Source of the DNA: Psammoneis japonica
Taxonomy: Eukaryota
DNA: 64,000 bases
Assembly: GCA_008632985.1 (NCBI GenBank)
Contig: QPGO01000254.1
Span: forward strand, 1-64,000
Reading direction: 5' to 3'
Below, in pieces: positions 13,603-24,900 of the stretch (the stretch's first letter is position 1; every line of letters starts with the position of its first letter). The position numbers and the translations under genes are program-made. Under the pieces are notes generated by a model. The model made no database searches, was not told the DNA's origin, and saw nothing but the letters and a program-made list of their open reading frames with translations.

Positions 13603-13760
13603 GAGTCTTTACCAAAAGTAAAAGGCATGAGGCGTCTGAAACTTGCCAAAAAAGTGGGATGAGAACATCTCAACGCTTTTCAGAGTCTTTACCAAAAGTT
13701 AAAGGCACGAGGCGTCTGAAACTTGCCAAAAAAGTGGGATGAGAACATCTCAACGCTTTT
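13603..13760. repeat. Tandem duplication, 80-bp period, 2 copies
   Basis: GAGTCTTTACCAAAAGT...CTCAACGCTTTT at 13603 and 13683 with 2 mismatches. Confidence 0.95.
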
Positions 13761-14005
13761 TACGATACATTTTTCTCACAAGGAGTCGTGCGAAGAATTT
13801 GAAATTTTGTGAGGCTCAACGCATTTATCAATGTCTTAGGAGATTTAGATAATTTATGTTATTGGTGGCGCTTCGCGCGAACGCGCGACTCACTGCTTAT
13901 CTGAGGTCGGATTTTGGATTTCGTTTTTGCTGCAAAAATAAAGGCAGGAAAAGACAGCAATCAAGACAGCATTCAGCAACAGCGAGTTATTTCTAAAGCG
14001 TTCTC

Positions 14006-15439
14006 ATGTCGACTCCATCTATCTATGTGTCGAGATTGCGCCGAGCGTTCCTCTTGAGAGCTCATCCAGATAGATTTCGTTCTCATTCAGCTCCCATTCG
14101 ACAACAGCAACACGAACTTCTGCAGCATGTTTCCGATCGCATGGGAAAACCTGATTTTCTATCCTACACGCTGGGCGAAGGCGAGCCCTGCATGCCACCA
14201 CGGCACTATCCCTCTCTATCCTATCTATTGGAACACAAGGATGGATCGCTTCATGAGCATTCCTTGAATCTGAATCAGAACGTCATGGCCGTGTTGCAAT
14301 CCATGGCAAACGCCCTTTCGAAAACAGGTTTTGTGCTCTTGCCAGCACCGCCCAAAGTAAAGCCAAGAAAAGATGGTTTTCCTTCTCCAGAAAACAAAAA
14401 TTCCGACATACATTGGGCTTCGCATGATCCAAACAACAATACTACAATTGATCACCAATACGATTTGCATTCCAATCAGGGACGAGATTTGCAATCCTTT
14501 TTGCATAGTCTCAACAAGCAGGAGATTAAGCAACGACAACAGTCTCGTATGGACGTCATGGCGGCCGCCATGGTGGTTCGTCAACGCTATAAATTCTTGG
14601 CCGTGGACGGGACCAAGCTGGGATGGTCCAGCGAGTCGTTGGCGAAATTGTTGAAGAGTTTAATGGATATGCATCAAGAGTTTCAAGACAAGTTTTTGGT
14701 AAAGAGCTTTTATCCACTTCGACTCGTGTTTTCCTCCAAGGAAGATGAACGTCTTGACGTGTACGGGGGTATTCTCTATCTAAATCCCGCATGTACGCCT
14801 TTGCAATGGTTGGATGCCTTTCAAAGTGTGACACCACACGCTTTAGAAAGCAATAAAGAAATTCAAGCTCAACTACAAGACGCTGTTTCTCGAGTGGCGC
14901 ACAGCCTCAATGTGAACTTTTGCAAGGGACACTCGTGTTCGTCACGCGACTACTTTGATTTATTAATGAATCTCAAGACACAAATAGACATCAATGAACA
15001 AGAAGATGAAACGACGACTACTGCGATTGCATTGGAACCGGTCGTCGCCATGGTGGAATCGCCACAAGCTTGTCGGCGTGCCATTTTAACAAAGGAGGGA
15101 CATGTACGGGTGGGTGCCAGCATGACAAGTCAAGCCATTTTAGTGGCACTGTCTCGATTGGCGCCAAGAGCACGACACGATTTGGTCGAACGACGTCGTC
15201 AGAATGAAACCGCAAAATATATTGAGAACCAAGTGCAACAAGAGTTTGGTTTACAACGTGTCCATCGAAGCAAAATGGTGCAACTCGAACAATTTGTAGA
15301 GTCTCTACGGAGATTTCGAATGCACAAGAGCGAGTGGCGTCTACTCTTGGTTGGCAACTCTCTCGGAATTGTGGGGAGTGGTCAGTTTTGTCACTTGGGA
15401 GACGATGGCTCCTTGATGATTCCTCACGATTGGAAATAG
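14006..15439 (+). CDS. TCAIM-like protein (DUF4460/DUF4461)
   Basis: N-terminal LRRAFLLRAHPDRF (J-like HPD motif), C-terminal DDGSLMIPHDWK; intact 477-aa ORF. Confidence 0.7.
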   Translation: MSTPSIYVSRLRRAFLLRAHPDRFRSHSAPIRQQQHELLQHVSDRMGKPDFLSYTLGEGEPCMPPRHYPSLSYLLEHKDGSLHEHSLNLNQNVMAVLQSMANALSKTGFVLLPAPPKVKPRKDGFPSPENKNSDIHWASHDPNNNTTIDHQYDLHSNQGRDLQSFLHSLNKQEIKQRQQSRMDVMAAAMVVRQRYKFLAVDGTKLGWSSESLAKLLKSLMDMHQEFQDKFLVKSFYPLRLVFSSKEDERLDVYGGILYLNPACTPLQWLDAFQSVTPHALESNKEIQAQLQDAVSRVAHSLNVNFCKGHSCSSRDYFDLLMNLKTQIDINEQEDETTTTAIALEPVVAMVESPQACRRAILTKEGHVRVGASMTSQAILVALSRLAPRARHDLVERRRQNETAKYIENQVQQEFGLQRVHRSKMVQLEQFVESLRRFRMHKSEWRLLLVGNSLGIVGSGQFCHLGDDGSLMIPHDWK

Positions 15440-15474
15440 AGACAATGTTGTAGTAACTCTCGCATATACGAGGC

Positions 15475-17800
15475 TCAGGAAAATCTTGAGCGCATGCAAG
15501 GAAGAGTGGCGGCGGCAACTCTCTTACCTTTGAACTCGCTCGGTATCGTGGTGATTCCTTACGATTGGAAACACAGGTTTCTTAACTGTTAACTATTACT
15601 TTTTTGGAGGTGTGTATGCAAAACATACCTTCAGTATGTGTAGTACTGTCAAATGTTATGACTCTGAGATCGACTCTTGTATCGTGGGCTCAAGTGTAGC
15701 GGCAATACTCGGATCTTCTCGTTCAATCAAGCTTTCATTCAAATCTTCCTGTTCCGAATCCTCCTCCGAAGACTTTACCAAACAACAAATGGAATTGCGC
15801 AACTCGTTCAAATCTGCAATCATGTTCTTCAAGAGAGTTTTTGTCGAATGTCTATCCATCCTTGTTAGAGTCCATCCACTTCGTCTGGACATTTGAGGAA
15901 ACAAGTCTGGCTTCTCTCGGTAAAGCCTCACCAAAAGCAAAGCAAACTGAAAGCAGCACACGGCTACAAGGACAAGGAGCACGAGATAGATCATCATGAG
16001 CAAGTCATTGTTGTTGGACCGGCCAAGACTGAGTCCTCTTAGACAAATATCGCCAAAGCAGTACATGCTAATGCCAACACCCAACCTTATCAAAAAGCCA
16101 ACAAGGTACGTTGCTGCACAGAAACCCACCATGACGCGACTTGCTTGCTCCAGTTCCTCCAAGAGTCGCCGTACATGTGGTGAATATCCATCCTCATCTT
16201 GTGCCGTGCTATCGTTTAAGATGACAATCGAGTCGTCGCCGTGTCCCATTCGGCAGTGCATCATGATGGAGGGTGGTTCGCGTTTTGAGTTTAGAGCAGC
16301 ATGTTGGTCGTGCGAGGGAGTGACGTTGTTTTCTTCCATAGCTTCAAGAAACGAAGGCTGGTTCTCGTGGCTTGTGGCATTGTTGAAGGCCCTTACTTCC
16401 TCCTGGCTTATAAGGACTATCGCCGCTGCTGTCGCCATGTTGATGATGATGTGTTTCTGCTATCCTCTTCACGTTTTGGGAGTCGCGGATTAGATTTGTG
16501 TTGATGTTCGCGCCACAATTTGTGTCAAGATTTCTCTGCACGTCTCCCGTCATCGCGCCAAGCAGAAAAACTGGCACACACACACACACCACGATAAATG
16601 ATGTGCAAGAAGATAGCCAGACCCACCACCACAACATGCTACTTCCGTGGTGCACATTGATGTGGATAGTAACAGCTAGATACACGGTGCAATGTGGGAG
16701 GGAAAAAAAGATGCTCAAATTGATCCTTTTGGGCTGGTTCTTCTGCGCGTGTCTCTGCAATTTTTCAGGAAGATCTCGAACACGCACAAGGAAGAGTGGC
16801 GGCGACGCTCATTCGGTATCGTGATGATTCCTCACGATTGGAAATGTGGGTTTCTTGACTGTTCTCTATTACAAATCTTTGGATGTGTATGTAAAAAATC
16901 CCTTCAGTATGTGCAGTACTGTGAAATGTCATGCCTCTGAGATTGACTCCAGCACTGTTGGATCATGTGTAGCGCCATTACTCGGATCTTCTCGTTTAAA
17001 TCAAACTTTCATTCAAATCTTCGTGTTCCGAATGCTCCTCCGAAGACTTTACTGAACAACATATGGAATTGCGCAAATCGTTCAAATCTGAAATCATATT
17101 CCTCAAGAGAGTATTTGTCGAATGTCGATCCATCCTTATTGGAGTCCATCCAACTCGTTTGGATAACTGCGGAAACAAGTCTGACTGCTCTCGATATAGC
17201 CTCACCAAAAGCAAAGCACTGAAAGCAGTATACGGCTGCAAGGACAAGGAGCAAGCGATAGATTGTCATGAGCACGTCACTGTTGTTGGACCCGCCAAGA
17301 TTGGGCCCTCTCAGGCTACAACTATCGGAGTAGCAGTACATGCTAACGCCACTTCGCAACGTGATCATGATGCCAACAAGGTACGTTGCCGCACACCAAC
17401 CAACCATGACGCGACTTGCTTGTTCCAGTTCCTCCAAGAGTCGCCGTACTTGTGGCGAATATCCATCCCCGTCTTGTGCCGTGCTGTCGTTCAAAATGAC
17501 AATCGAGTCATCGTGTCCCATTCGGCAATGCATCATGATGTAGGGTGTTTCGCGTTTTGATCGTGGAGTAGAAAATTCAGCATGTGGGTCGTGCGAGATC
17601 GTGTCGTTGTTTTCTTCCATGTTCTCAAGAAGCGAAGGCTGGTTCTCGTGGCTTGTGGTATCGTTGCAGGCCCTCTCTTCCTCCACCTGGTTTGTAGGGA
17701 TTGTCGCCGCTGCTATCGCCACGTTGATCTCTGTTTCTCTATCCTTGAACTTCACGTTTTTTATGGAATCGGGGATTTTGCTGATGTTCGCGCCACAAGT
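15475..17800. repeat. Local segmental duplication (about 15475-16520 versus about 16766-17800)
   Basis: Long colinear similarity, e.g. CAAGGAAGAGTGGCGGCG, GATTCCTYACGATTGGAAA, shared peptides YSPxVRRLLEELEQASRVMVG and TSHENQPS. Confidence 0.9.
15656..16438 (-). CDS. Hypothetical 2-TM protein, paralogous to the C-terminal part of the neighbouring MORC-like gene
   Basis: Open 260-aa frame with two hydrophobic segments; may be a partial duplicate rather than an expressed gene. Confidence 0.5.
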   Translation of the reverse strand: MATAAAIVLISQEEVRAFNNATSHENQPSFLEAMEENNVTPSHDQHAALNSKREPPSIMMHCRMGHGDDSIVILNDSTAQDEDGYSPHVRRLLEELEQASRVMVGFCAATYLVGFLIRLGVGISMYCFGDICLRGLSLGRSNNNDLLMMIYLVLLVLVAVCCFQFALLLVRLYREKPDLFPQMSRRSGWTLTRMDRHSTKTLLKNMIADLNELRNSICCLVKSSEEDSEQEDLNESLIEREDPSIAATLEPTIQESISES

Positions 17801-19903
17801 TTTGTCAACATTGTTTTCCTCCATTTCTGAATTACATTGCTTCTTCCTCTCTCGATCCCTCTCTACTTTTTTGCTAAGCGACGCAATTCGACAAAGCGAT
17901 ACCGCATTGTCTGCACACGGAATCGTCGGCTCTGCATGCGTTCCAGAAGCACGGTTGTCAGGGGACACGGCAACGGTGTCCGACCGATCGCTCTGTGAAT
18001 TTTCCATTAGAACATGCCGCGGTCTCGATGCAGGAGGCAGTGTCGCCCTTGCTGGAGACAGAGTGGAGTCGTCACTTGTGGATTTGAGTCTTTTACTGGG
18101 CGTCCGAAGTTTGCGTGGTGGATCCAGATTTACCAGAGAATCTGCGCCTAGAGTAACTGTACAAAAAGTAGATACGACGATGGTGGTGAGCGACGAAGAA
18201 AGCAAAATAGTTCAGAACTCGCGAAGCAAACACACCTTTGCACGGTCCACTCGATTTTCTAATGCTCTTGTCGGAATATCGTTTGAAGCTAAGCGAATCG
18301 TAGCATGTGAATGTTCCGCACATGAAAGACTTCACATTGTCCTTGTGGCGAAGACGTTGAACAGCCTGTAACTGTTGTTGCACGCCTTTCGCGAGTTCGC
18401 CCTTGGAGCCGCCAAATTTCTCGAGGTGCCGATTGTAGTAAAGAGAAGCATAGGCACCAAGCCAGGCGAAGAGATTCTTTTCAAATACCACCCCTGTAGG
18501 ATGCTGTGCAAACGCAAGTCCCTGCTTTGTAGGGTGCAGCGGCAATGTTGACATGTAATCGTCTAGAATAACGGTGAGCCCTTGGCCAAAGGTCGTCCCA
18601 AAATTGTTTAGGCCCAACGCGTTGCGAGCATCGGGTTCCACCGTAATGAGACGACCAGAATGCCTGCTGTGAACATAAAGAGACAACGAGGACGAAGACT
18701 CTCCGTCAAGTCTTGCTGGATCGAACCCACAATACACGCACAGGCTAATCGATTCTGTAGGGTTTTCCCAATCCTCTGCCGTGCTCCACTCATTCTGAGG
18801 GTCTACTTTGCACCGAAAGCTGGTGATTTCGACCAATCTTCTTTCCCAATGCTGGAACCTGATCTTTTGGTGATTGACAGTAAAGTCAAACTCAGCCGGA
18901 ATGTGAAGGTACTGGCGTGGCAACTCATCGGTCAACTTGTGCATCAAGTGCTGTGCTCGAAGGCCGTAATCAGTGTCTCCTTCATTGTCACTGCTTTTGC
19001 TACTGACTAGGGATTCTGATCCGTGGCGTAGCTGATGGAGCACCACAAGAAACACGTGGTCATCACCACGCCACTGATGGCTTGTCATGGCGTTGCAATG
19101 TGAAAGGAGCCGCATAATACCTGTCTCGAAATCTCCATCGCCATAGCAGGACACACACTTGGCAATGGCCTACGGTAAATCATTAAAAACAAATGCGAAA
19201 CAAGTTCAGGAGTCAGTGTGTTCATGACTCAGAGCAGTTATTGTTCCTGAGGAGCCGCACTTACAGGGTTCGTCTTGACTTGACGAGAAAGATCTTCACG
19301 GTTCGGACGAAAGGTAATAGATGGGAGAACAATACCATCAACTCGCTGAACTTCCGCAGTAATCACACCCAAGCCCCAAGTGTCTCTGTTTCGAGTCATT
19401 ATAAAGCTGAGATCGGTCAAAGTAGCGCATGCTTGTTTCATGCCGACGCCGTTTTCGCCGATCGCTTGAGAGCCTTTGCTACTTTTGAATACCTCAAGGA
19501 CCTCTTTGATTGGAGGGATTCTGTTGTGACAGTTACTGATGATTGAAATCCCGGTGGAGACTCCCTCGGCATCCTTATCACCCATAACATGGATTCTTCC
19601 TCGGCCTTTGAAGTTAAAGGCATCTTCATCAATCACCAGCGATGCATCAATTGCGTTGTCAAACAAATCCAACAGGGCCAAAAGAGGTGATTTAAAGTTT
19701 CGCTTCCATGCCTTCCAAATTCCTTGTCCGTTAACTCGCGATACGTATTGGCTGGTCCCCCGGCCACCAGCGGCACGTTCTTGCTGCATACCGCTGGCAG
19801 CAGAGACGGATGACGTACTCGTTCGGATACTCGTTTCATGAACGACTTTTTCTCGTTCTTCTTTCACCGCCACTTGGGACTTAGGGCTGCTGTTGTCCGC
19901 CAT
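17009..19903 (-). CDS. MORC-like GHKL ATPase; predicted introns 19170-19264 and 18157-18235; 3' end frameshifted near 17230
   Basis: LLDLFDNAIDA (GHKL motif I), IGENGVGMKQAC (motif III), S5-like region (LYVHSRHSGRLI, GLTVILDD, LHPTKQGL); both GT-AG introns join the three ORFs in frame. Confidence 0.75.
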
Positions 19904-20299
19904 TTTGGAATGGCGCGTTGAATACCGTCGAACTTTGGTAGTCTGCTTCCTGCTTCAATCACCACTTCTTGTTCCACAGAAGAACAATAACAGCGATGAA
20001 ATAGATAACGCAGACCGCACTCCGCACTCGGTGGTCGCGCGCGCCCTGTTGCACTGTTCGAATGGAATCAATCTGCGGCGCCAGCACCTCATTTGTGTGA
20101 GATGATGTTGGCCAACTTGGGAAGGTGGCATCAATGGCATCTTGATGAAACAGGTTGATGTTTGATCATCACAGGCTGGTTCTCGTGGCTTGTGGTGTTG
20201 TTGAGGATGGATCCACGGCAGCAAGGGCGAACACTTTTGGGCCGCGAATCATCATTTCCCTGCATTTCTCGCCGCATTGTTTGAGCATGCCTCGGAGCA

Positions 20300-21450
20300 A
20301 CACCCAAAAACACTGAGCTCACACACAACAACATCATGATGTGCTGCAAGAGAACACACTTCTCTGACCAGACCCAGTGCTGCTGCCTGCCACTTCTGCA
20401 ATGCACTGTTCTTGTGAACACGGCTGCCAGCAGCTCTGGAAACATGGCAGAAGGCGCAGGCTGTGATGACAACTGGAAACTGCTGACCAGCAACAGCAGC
20501 GAGTTGGGGGGGGGGGGGGGGGGGCATCAACTGAAGTCAGAGCCGACAAGAAGTCCTGCACTCCCCAGTGATCTTCTTGCAACTGTGTCAATGACACTGT
20601 TGGTGATTGCAACATCTTGGAGCTCAGGCAATTTGCTGCATGTGTGTTGGGTGGGGGGGGCTCTTCTTCCAGAATCCTTGACTTTGGATGTTTTGCTTGC
20701 AAGACCTCCAGAGCTGCATCATCAGTCTTCTTGTCAATGTCATCCAGCTGTGGAGCTCCACCTTGTTTCCTCTCAGCAATGCACCCAACTGGACCTCTCA
20801 GGTTTCCTTGTGGCAGCATTCCATCAAATGTCTCAGCATGCTGCTCAGGCATTTTGTCCTTCTGAGTGGACTGGAGATCACTTGCAAGTTGCATTTTGGA
20901 AGACATTCAACAAGCATTTTGTGTTCACCCACATCTCCCAATCATCCATGTGTCTGGTGCTGAGTGGGGTTCTGATGTCCTTCTTTGCTCCTTTTGCATT
21001 GCAACCCACCCACTGTGTGAGACAACAATCTGGAACACCACGACAAACCTGACTGAGTTCCGCTTCCATGTCTCAATCCCATGAAGCTGCTCTGCCAATT
21101 GCCCAAGCTCAATGAATCATTTCCCTTGGGAGCCGTTCAGAGTGTTGTGTCATTGTGTTGGGTGGGGTGCTGGCTGGTGCCAACAATGCTCTTGCCAGCA
21201 AGTTTGGCCATCCAATGTTTCACCACCCAGATGCCAGATGAGTGCCAGCATTCAGCTTGCTTGCATGTCTTGCCACATGCCTCATAAATGAGCCACTCAG
21301 CACCTGAATTGAAGTTGTTGGGTGTTGCATCAGGATCAACCTGTGACAGGATGGTGACTCCCTCTGAGCATCCTTTGTCCTCCATTTGCTCTCTCTCCCC
21401 AGAGAGGCAGTGCTGTCCTCCTCACCAGCTGGCTCCACTCTCATGATCAT
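20300..21450 (-). mobile_element. Degenerate non-LTR (CRE-like) retrotransposon fragment
   Basis: QGNLRGPV..IAERKQGG..LEVLQAKHP and WSEKCVLL resemble the region at the start of CRE-like RT; TpA/CpG depleted; 20300-20600 is homologous to 28570-28920. Confidence 0.55.
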
Positions 21451-21999
21451 CACCCATCACTCTTGAACATTGGGTGCAGTGTTCTCTTTTTTGGCTTCAG
21501 GACTGGCCTCTTTTTCTCTTTTGTTGGAAAGAAAGGACAAAGGCATTGTGGACAACAGTCATTGGGTCTTCTGTCTTTGCATCCGCTTGAGTTGAGCAGG
21601 TTCCCAACCCAATCTGACTGTCATTTTTGACCCTGGATGTGTTTTCTGCTTCAACGCTCAAATCATCATCCACTCCTTTTTTCCCATTTCCTTTTGTCTG
21701 GCTGCAAACATGGAAAATTGCTGCCTTCTCATTCTCAGGTCAAAGAAAGAAGAAAGTGCAGGGAAGGTGTTGTTCACGTGTGGAGAGAATCTCTCTTTGC
21801 CCTGCCAGGATTTTGTGCAGGTTCTGCATGATTCTTGAGGCAAATGGAGAGAGACTCCAAAGAACCAGAGGCAAAGAGCCACGAGACTCTCCACTCTTCA
21901 TTGCAGAAAAAACAGCGAGAGGAGTTTTTGAAAAGAGTTTTTTGAAATGGCATCACTGCTTTTCAAAAACTGTGTGTTTTGTTTGCGCTGTTTGTTTGT

Positions 22000-24900
22000 G
22001 TTGAGACAGCAATGGGCCGGGAGCTTTAAGACCATGAAATGTTTTGCTCTCTCAAACTTCCAAACACTTGGCTCTTTAGAGTCTTACATTCACAGGAACA
22101 ACAAGCATCTGAAGTTTGGCACAATTTCTGTCATGTCACTTGCAAGCTGTGGACCCCAGAAAAACAAGAGATGTCGCCACAAGGACTGTTTTGCTTGACT
22201 CAAGAAGATGCAAAACGCACTTTGTGCTTGCACAAGAGTGCTCAGCATGGTTTTGATTTTGTGCCAACAGAAATGATGAGTCATGACTCAATGCAAAAAC
22301 CAGTGCTCTGTTTCATGTGTTGTGTTTGTTGAATTGAGTCAATTGTCAGCTCATGCATGCAACTCAACTCATTGCTCACAGTCATGTCTTTCTTGTGCTT
22401 GCTGCTTTCAATGACATCGTGCAACACCTGGCAGTTTCCACACCATTTTGCAACAATCAAATGTGGCATGGTTTGTGTGGGAGGTGCAAGTGTCATTCAG
22501 TGATGGAGCACAGCACACTGTGTGCCTTGCCAATGTGGTGTGCATTTTGCTCACAAGGCATTTCTTGCTGTGCTCTGTCTCCTTGGCAGCAGGTTGAGAC
22601 AGCCCCGCTGCATTGCACTCATGGGCAGGATTCTGGGATTGTGGCAGGGAGGCAATGAAAGACTGGGCTGTTGTGTTTTCCATTTTGCATTGTGCTGCAA
22701 GTGCATGTTGTGATGTTGAACTGTGCCAAAAGAGCATCTTGCTTGCTCCCCTTTTTTTGCTGTGCTTGGCATCGTGGTGGCCACTTGCTTGAGATGGCCT
22801 TGATGACAGGCAGTGTTGTGGGATTGCAGCTTGCAAAGTTTGGGGCACAAACAAGGTCAGACCAAAGTGCTTGCTTTTGTGTGTTGTTTTGCAAGTGTGC
22901 ATTTCACATGATGACACATGAAAGGTCGCCAAAATGTGCATTTTGTTCATTCAACTTTTTTTGATGTGCTTGGTCTGTCAGAAGCCAGCTGTCATTCGTG
23001 AACCACCAAATCCCTGGGAGGCAAACAGATGCTGAAGTCTCAGTGACAATGAGGTCATCAAGATCAATTTTGCCTTTGCACAAGCTCTGCAAGATGTGAT
23101 GATGACCCAAGCACCCCCAGTCTTCCAAGGCCGAATCTTCAGAGAATGAAAATGTCGCTGTTGGCTTTTGAATGTCATTGCAGCAAGTGTGCAGTGTCCC
23201 ATTTTCCAATGCTTTTAAATGTGCTGCTGCTGCTTTAACACAGGAATGAACAGCACAATCATTGGGCCCTTGCCCAGCATGCAGAGGAATGACACACTCG
23301 ACACCCAGCTTTTCTGGACTCAGTGGCACAGCAACCAGCTTTTGCCAGAGCCATTGCAAGATGGCATTTGGCTGGAGGCTGGCTGTCTGCATGCACCAGA
23401 AGCTGTCCAGCTGTGGCAGCTTCTCCTTTGAAAGAGCAATCAACAAATGAGTTCAGCCAGTGGCTGGCCATGTTTTGATCCCAAGAAGATGTCAGCAAGA
23501 GTGCCTTCTGCTGTCACCCATCATGTTCCAGGCTTGCCATCAAGTTCTTTTGCCCATCCATTGACATTGGCCCAGTTGAACCACTGCAGTCTCTTGTGAA
23601 ATTTTGCATTGACAACTCAAATGCCAAGTTGTGAAAATTGCTTGTCAGAGCAAGTTAAAGTGTCCTTGAACAACATTGTCATCAAGGAGTGCACCAGCAC
23701 AAAACAAGTCCCACACATTCAGCATGTTGACAGAGACCCCATGCGGCAGCCTTGGCAAATCAATTTTGCCAATTGTGCAAGTTCAGTTGGTTTCATCTGC
23801 CAGCACTTGTGTCGCCCCATTGTCCAGTGCAATCCTGAAACAAATGTCTCTGTCAGCAAGAAGCCTGTTGTTGACATGGACTCTGAATGATGCCAGCACA
23901 CTTGGCTTTCATTGTCAACTTTGCATGTTTGAACACTTGTCTCTTGCTTTGTCCTTTTCCCATTCCAACTTGACCATTGACATGGTTTTGGGAAACATGT
24001 CTGTGCCATTTGATGGCTCTTTGTGTGCAATCATGAGCCACTCAAAGTTTGTTTCTTTTGGTTTTTCTTTTGGGCTGCCCAACCATTGCTTTTGAACCAG
24101 ATGGTCTGCTTTGGTTTTGCAGGGAATCAGCAGGTGTCACAGCCAGCCCAAGTCTCTTTGCCAAGAACTTCAAAGATGGTGTCAGCACTTCATCTTTCAT
24201 CTGGCTCATCCAAGCTTTCAACAAATCATGGATCTTGGGTGGACTTTCCAACACCAACCCAATCAGCTCAATTTGGCTTCATGTCTCCTGAAAAAGATTC
24301 TTGTGACTGGGAAGCATGACAACATTGAACAACTTTTGAATGACATTCATTCTACAGCTCATCAAGAGTGTGCAAATGAGGATGGCCAAGGTTGGGCTTG
24401 CCATGGCACAGCACACCAGTGCTGACATTGCAATGAAAAGTTCAAAGTGCCAACAGATGGTGGGCTGTTTCAACACTTGTCGCTTGACCAGCCAGAAGTG
24501 CCCAAAGTTTCTGGTGGAAATTTTCCAATTGGTTGGTTCTGCTGCCATGCCACCACAGTCAGAAGCCATCTGAGTTGGAACCTTCTCTTGACAAAACTGA
24601 AACACCCAGCACAGGTTCAAACCAACCTTTCTTGGCCTTTGCTGCTGTGCTGACAAACCATGCATCAAGTTCTGGGGTGCGGCATTGTTTGAAAGCATTG
24701 CTCTCACGAATCAATTTATGTGCAAGACAAAGATTGGAAGCGTGCATGTCATTGACTGGACATGGCATCCTCACCTGTGCTCAAATGCATTCTCTGTTGT
24801 GGTGCTTGCACTCTTCCATTTCTTCATGAGAGAAACCTTTTGATTTCAACACTTCTCACGTCTCACAGTGGGAGGCAGTCATCATTGCAAACAAAGGTTG

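Noticed and set aside
20506..20524. Poly-G run as a functional G-quadruplex
   Set aside because: Simple homopolymer in decayed TE DNA with unreliable length
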